From positions 596 to 64,595 of the forward strand of contig JBEDHL010000186.1 in NCBI GenBank assembly GCA_041174145.1: 64,000 bases of DNA. The letters run 5' to 3'. Below are positions 59,517-64,000 of this stretch, piece after piece. Each line of letters begins with the position of its first letter. Positions within the stretch are counted from its first letter, which is position 1. A model generated the notes under the pieces. It had not been told where the DNA came from, ran no database searches, and saw only the letters and a list, made by a program, of their open reading frames with translations. Both the position numbers and the translations under genes were made by a program. The stretch comes from Pseudomonadota bacterium. Lineage in GTDB: Bacteria > Pseudomonadota > Alphaproteobacteria > Acetobacterales > Acetobacteraceae.

Positions 59517-60977
59517 ATGCCGCGTGTCGCGCAATTCGATGATGACAAGCCGCATGAGGAATGCGGCGTGTTCGGCGTGTGGAATGGCGGCGATGCCGCG
59601 GCGCTGACCGCGCTTGGCCTGCATGCGCTGCAGCATCGCGGTCAGGAAGCGGCCGGTATTGTCACGCTGGATGAAGCCGGCTTGTTTCATGCCCATAAGG
59701 GGCTTGGCCTGGTTGGCGATAATTTCGGTGAGGCGAAAATCATCGCTTCACTACGTGGCGCCCATGCGGTGGGGCATAATCGCTACGCCACCACGGGTGA
59801 GACGGCGCTTCGTAATGTGCAGCCGCTTTATGCCGATTTCGAATTTGGTGGTTTTGCGGTGGCGCATAATGGCAATCTGACCAATGCCTATGCGCTGAAG
59901 CGTGCCTTGGTGCGCCGCGGTTGCCTTTTCCAAAGCACGACAGATTCGGAAGTTTTCATTCATCTGATCGCGATCAGCCTTTATTCCACTGTGGTGGATC
60001 GGCTGATTGATGCGCTGAAGCAGGTACAGGGTGCCTATTCACTGGTGGCCTTGCATAATGGCGCGCTGATTGGCGCGCGTGATCCGCTGGGCGTGCGGCC
60101 TTTGGTGCTGGGGCGCCTGCCCAATGGCGGGCTGGTTTTGGCATCCGAAACCTGCGCTTTGGATATTGTGGGTGCGGAATTCGTGCGCGATATCGAAGCC
60201 GGCGAATTGGTGGTGATTGACGATAACGGCTTGCGCAGCATCAAGCCCTTCAGCCGCACCGAAAGCCGCTTTTGTATTTTTGAATATATCTATTTCGCGC
60301 GGCCAGACAGCGTCATGGAAGGCACGCCGGTTTATGAAACGCGCAAGCGCATTGGCGCGGAATTGGCGCGTGAAAGCGGCGTTCCCGCGGATTTGATTGT
60401 GCCCGTGCCTGATTCCGGCGTGCCGGCGGCGATGGGGTATGCGGTGGAATCAGGCATTCCCTTCGAACTCGGCATTATTCGCAATCATTATGTCGGGCGT
60501 ACCTTCATTGAACCGACGGACCAGATCCGCAATTTGGGTGTGAAGCTGAAGCACAGTGCCAATCGTGCGATGTTACAGGGCAAGCGCGTGGTACTGGTGG
60601 ATGATTCCATCGTGCGCGGCACCACCAGCCGCAAGATCGTGGAAATGGTGCGCCAGGCGGGCGCGACGGAAGTGCATATGCGCATCTCCTCCCCCCCCAC
60701 GACGCATTCCTGCTATTATGGAATTGATACGCCGGAACGCGCGCATCTGATGGCCGCCAAGCATGATCTGGCGGAGATGGCGCGCATCATTGGCGTGGAT
60801 AGTCTGGCTTTTATTTCGCTGGATGGGCTTTATCGCGCCTTGGGCAAGCCGGGGCGTGATGCCGCCAAGCCGCATTTCTGCGATGCCTGCTTCACCGGCG
60901 AATACGCGATTCCGCTGACGGATTGGACCGATAATTCAGACCGGCAGCTTTCCTTGCTGCAACCGGCGGGGCAGTGA
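59517..60977 (+). CDS. purF: amidophosphoribosyltransferase
   Basis: Ntn nucleophile context HEECGVFGV and PRPP motif VVLVDDSIVRGTT. ATG at 59517 with a GAGG RBS is preferred over the TTG at 59505 used in the track. Confidence 0.96.
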   Translation: MPRVAQFDDDKPHEECGVFGVWNGGDAAALTALGLHALQHRGQEAAGIVTLDEAGLFHAHKGLGLVGDNFGEAKIIASLRGAHAVGHNRYATTGETALRNVQPLYADFEFGGFAVAHNGNLTNAYALKRALVRRGCLFQSTTDSEVFIHLIAISLYSTVVDRLIDALKQVQGAYSLVALHNGALIGARDPLGVRPLVLGRLPNGGLVLASETCALDIVGAEFVRDIEAGELVVIDDNGLRSIKPFSRTESRFCIFEYIYFARPDSVMEGTPVYETRKRIGAELARESGVPADLIVPVPDSGVPAAMGYAVESGIPFELGIIRNHYVGRTFIEPTDQIRNLGVKLKHSANRAMLQGKRVVLVDDSIVRGTTSRKIVEMVRQAGATEVHMRISSPPTTHSCYYGIDTPERAHLMAAKHDLAEMARIIGVDSLAFISLDGLYRALGKPGRDAAKPHFCDACFTGEYAIPLTDWTDNSDRQLSLLQPAGQ

Positions 60978-61693
60978 GCATGGCGTTACTTGAAGGCCGG
61001 GTCGCGCTGATCACTGGCGCGTCACGCGGTATAGGCGCGGCACTGGCGCTGGAATTGGCCAAGCTTGGCGCACAATGCGTGTTGGTGGCGCGCACCCAGG
61101 GCGGGCTTGAAGAAGTGGATGACGCGATCCGCGCTGCCGGCGGCAAGCCCCCAACGCTTCTGCCGTTTGATTTGCAGAAGGCCGAAAAAGATATCGATAT
61201 GATCGGCCCTTCGATCGTGCAGCGCTTCGGCCGGCTGGATATTCTGGTGCATAATGCGGGCGCGCTGAACAAGCTTACGCCAGTTGCCCATATTGACCCG
61301 CGCGACTGGGCGGAAGTGATGGCGGTGAACCTGACGGCAAGCTGGCGCCTGATCCGCAGTTGCGATCCACCCTTGCGCGCTTCCGATGCGGGGCGGGCGG
61401 TATTCCTCACGACCGGCGCGGCGCAAAATCCGCGCCCCTATTGGGGGATGTATGGTGCGGCCAAGGCAGGCATGGAACATCTGGTGGCAACCTGGGCGAC
61501 CGAGGTGGAGAGTACGCCACTCCGCGTCAATCTCGTGGATCCGGGCCGGGTAGCGACAAAGCTGCGCGCTGCCGCCTATCCCGGTGAGGATCAGACGAAG
61601 CTTGCGCAGCCCGCTGATATTGCGCCGGGCCTTGCCGCCTTCTGTCTGCCTGCCGAGACGCGCCACGGCGCGCGGGTAAGGCTTGGGGTTTAG
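60974..61693 (+). CDS. SDR family oxidoreductase
   Basis: VALITGASRGIGAALA cofactor motif and YGAAK catalytic motif. The GTG at 60974 overlaps the purF stop; ATG at 60980 is an alternative. Confidence 0.85.
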   Translation: MSMALLEGRVALITGASRGIGAALALELAKLGAQCVLVARTQGGLEEVDDAIRAAGGKPPTLLPFDLQKAEKDIDMIGPSIVQRFGRLDILVHNAGALNKLTPVAHIDPRDWAEVMAVNLTASWRLIRSCDPPLRASDAGRAVFLTTGAAQNPRPYWGMYGAAKAGMEHLVATWATEVESTPLRVNLVDPGRVATKLRAAAYPGEDQTKLAQPADIAPGLAAFCLPAETRHGARVRLGV

Positions 61694-61700
61694 CTGCATC

Positions 61701-63674
61701 ATGGCCATGCGCCGCGTCTTTCTTCAGGCCGCGTTGCTGCTTCCTACCGCGGCGCTGGCGCAGGCGCCGTCCACCCCGGCATCCCGCTTGGCGGCGGGTA
61801 AATCCGCACTCAATGCTGCCAATGCCGGGCGCTGGGCTGAGGCGGATAGCTATGCCGCCGCCGCTGATCCTTTGGTGGCAAAGCTGGTGCAATGGATCCG
61901 CCTGACCCAACGCAATGCCCCCGCGACTACGGCAGAACTGGTGGCCTTTCTCCGCAATAATCCCGATTGGCCGATGGCTGATACGATTGCACGCCGTGCG
62001 GAGGTTGGCTTTGGCGGTGCCGGCGATGATGCGCTGGCTTTGGGGCATTTCGCTACCTTCCCGCCGCGCAGCCTTGCCGCTGCACTGCGCTACGCAGAGG
62101 CATTGAGCCGAGCAGGGCGTGGCCAGGATGTTGCGGCGGTGCTACGCCGCGCCTGGCTGGATGCACCGGGCGATGCTGCGGCTGAGGCGCGCATTCTTGA
62201 ACAATTCGGCCGCTTACTGACAGCGGATGATCATGCCCAGCGCTTTGATCGGCTGTATTTCGCCCGCGATCTGCCAGGCGCCCAACGCGCGCTTGAAAGG
62301 CTGACCGGCGCGCGGCTGAATGCCGGGCGCATCCGTTTTGCCCTGTCGGGTGAAGCTGGCGCGGCCTATCTGCCCCAACGCCCACTTGATTTGGGCTGGG
62401 CCTATGAAAAGGCGCGTGTGTTGCGCCGGCACGATCAGGATGCAGATGCGGTCGCGAGTTGGAATATCGCTGAACCCTTCCAGGCGGATCTGGACCCGGA
62501 AATTGCCCGCGCCATCTGGGCCGAAAGGCAGATACTGGCGCGCAAATTGTTGCGCTTGAACAATCCACGGGATGCTCATCGGATTGCGGCACATCATGGC
62601 CAGCCCATGGGAAGCGAAGGGCGCATAGAGGCAGAGTTTTTGGCGGGCTTCATCGCGCTGCGCTTTTTGAATGACCCCGCTTTGGCGCAACGGCATTTCG
62701 CAGCGATGACGGAGGGAAGCCGTTCCGTCATCACCCGCGCACGCGCGTTTTATTGGGAAGGCAGGGCATTGGCTGCCCGTGGCCAGAATGGTGCCGCGCG
62801 GGAACGCTATGGCGCCGCCGCGCAATTGCCGACGGCGTTTTATGGCCAGCTTGCTGCCCTGACCATGGGGGAAAGCCAGGAAGCCTTGGATGCGCGGTTG
62901 CGCGCGCTGCAAACCCCAGCAATTGATCCGGCGCGGGCGCAGCAATTCGCGCAACGCGAATTGGCGCGCGTGGTGACCATGCTGGCCGCGCTTGGCGATA
63001 CGCGCCGCACGCGGGCTTTCCTGTTGCGCCTGCAGGCGCTTGCGCCTGACCCACAAGACCGCTTGCTGGCCGCGCGTTTGGCGAACCATATTGGGCGGCC
63101 CGATAATGCGGTTTGGGTGGCGCGGCGCGCGGCGATTGAAGGCGATGTTTTGCTGCCGGAAGGCTGGCCCACACCTTTCCGCCCGCCCGTAGCCTCGCCC
63201 GAACCGGCCTTCATCTATTCCATCACCCGGCAGGAAAGTAATTTCGATACCGAAGCAGTCAGCAGCGCCAATGCGCGCGGCTTGATGCAATTGCTGCCTT
63301 CCACCGCGCAGCTTGTCGCGCGCCGGATTGGCATGAATTACCGCGTGGAAATGCTGACTGGCGATCCGCAAGCCAATATCAGACTGGGCGCGGCCTATTT
63401 GGATGAAATGCTTGGGCGGTTTGAAGGATCACTCGTGCTGGCGGCGGCGGCCTATAATGCTGGGCCGCGGCGGGTGGATGAATGGCTTGGCACCTATGGC
63501 GATCCCAGGCGCGGGGAACGCGATTGGCTGGATTGGATGGAAATGATTCCCTTCACCGAAACGCGTAATTATGCACAGCGCATTGTTGAAGGGGCGGTGA
63601 TTTATCGCGCGCGACAGACCCCGCCGATGACCGCACCGCACCCCATGGCGGGTTGGCTTGCCAGCGCCAGGTGA
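61701..63674 (+). CDS. soluble lytic murein transglycosylase (Slt70-like)
   Basis: Signal peptide MAMRRVFLQAALLLPTAALAQA, a long superhelical N-domain, and a catalytic SLT domain with ITRQESNFD and GLMQLLPSTA. Confidence 0.85.
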   Translation: MAMRRVFLQAALLLPTAALAQAPSTPASRLAAGKSALNAANAGRWAEADSYAAAADPLVAKLVQWIRLTQRNAPATTAELVAFLRNNPDWPMADTIARRAEVGFGGAGDDALALGHFATFPPRSLAAALRYAEALSRAGRGQDVAAVLRRAWLDAPGDAAAEARILEQFGRLLTADDHAQRFDRLYFARDLPGAQRALERLTGARLNAGRIRFALSGEAGAAYLPQRPLDLGWAYEKARVLRRHDQDADAVASWNIAEPFQADLDPEIARAIWAERQILARKLLRLNNPRDAHRIAAHHGQPMGSEGRIEAEFLAGFIALRFLNDPALAQRHFAAMTEGSRSVITRARAFYWEGRALAARGQNGAARERYGAAAQLPTAFYGQLAALTMGESQEALDARLRALQTPAIDPARAQQFAQRELARVVTMLAALGDTRRTRAFLLRLQALAPDPQDRLLAARLANHIGRPDNAVWVARRAAIEGDVLLPEGWPTPFRPPVASPEPAFIYSITRQESNFDTEAVSSANARGLMQLLPSTAQLVARRIGMNYRVEMLTGDPQANIRLGAAYLDEMLGRFEGSLVLAAAAYNAGPRRVDEWLGTYGDPRRGERDWLDWMEMIPFTETRNYAQRIVEGAVIYRARQTPPMTAPHPMAGWLASAR

Positions 63675-63678
63675 ACCC

Positions 63679-64000
63679 ATGAATCCCGCCCTATTCGTCG
63701 CCACACTTGCCGGCATTGGCCGCCTGAAACCGGCGCCCGGCACTTGGGGGTCTTTGGTGGTGCTGCCTTTAGTGGTTTTTGGGCCGGTGATCGCGCTGTT
63801 GCTTGGGCTGCTGGTCACGCTGCTTGGCTTTTTCGCGACACGCGAAGTGTTGCGCGATGCGCCGGATGAAGACCCCGGCTGGATTGTGGTGGATGAGGCT
63901 GCGGGGATGCTGATCGCGCTGGCCGGCCTGACCGCCGAGGCGAGCATCTGGGGCGTGCTGATCGCTTTCGGCCTGTTTCGTATTTTTGATATTTTCAAGC
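63679..64000 (+). CDS. pgpA: phosphatidylglycerophosphatase A, N-terminal part (runs off window end)
   Basis: My own translation from ATG 63679 gives MNPALFVATLAGIGRLKPAPGTWGSLVVLPL...DPGWIVVDEAAGM...FRIFDIFK, the PgpA signature. There is no stop before the window end. Confidence 0.8.
   Translation, partial: MNPALFVATLAGIGRLKPAPGTWGSLVVLPLVVFGPVIALLLGLLVTLLGFFATREVLRDAPDEDPGWIVVDEAAGMLIALAGLTAEASIWGVLIAFGLFRIFDIFK

Overview
GC-rich chromosomal segment with alphaproteobacterial gene order; a Rhodospirillales/Acetobacteraceae-like source is only a guess. It is dominated by core housekeeping genes and appears to span the replication-origin neighbourhood. Left to right: RNase D-like tail, kdsD-lptC-lptA-lptB-rpoN-hpf, a lower-GC islet with a small secreted protein, a LysE exporter, a split UxaA/SAF dehydratase pair with an Lrp regulator, then parB-parA-rsmG-mnmG-mnmE on the minus strand with two near-consensus parS sites. 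Next come a [2Fe-2S] ferredoxin, ogt, qor, and a GNAT gene coupled to the PPDK regulatory protein (DUF299/RP001 homologue). A 296-bp gap with DnaA boxes, clustered GANTC sites and an AT-rich tract follows and is the candidate oriC. After it: hemE, dnaQ-coaE-aroE, glyQ-vapB-vapC-glyS-ppdK plus a coupled zinc-ribbon protein, a DUF1127 protein, aminopeptidase P, ligA-recN-bamD-lpxC, a phosphatase, a Bug-family binding protein, marR-ompR-envZ-like genes and mtnP. An accessory-looking catabolic locus follows (SDR, GGT-like, MmgE/PrpD, Ldh_2, SDR, CUT1-type ABC transporter). The window ends with gshB-GST-DUF1330-gamma-glutamyl hydrolase, an intergenic structured sRNA candidate with a strong intrinsic terminator, FAH, radA-cvpA-purF-SDR, a lytic transglycosylase and the start of pgpA. 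I saw no rRNA, tRNA, CRISPR array, IS element, integrase or phage genes, and no convincing defence island. The most unusual items are the origin architecture, parS embedded in a gene overlap, a vapBC module wedged inside the glyQS operon, the sRNA candidate, and the regulator-less catabolic cluster. All family assignments come from motifs read by eye in the supplied translations; no database search was run. Many long ORFs in the track are antisense shadows typical of GC-rich DNA and were discarded.
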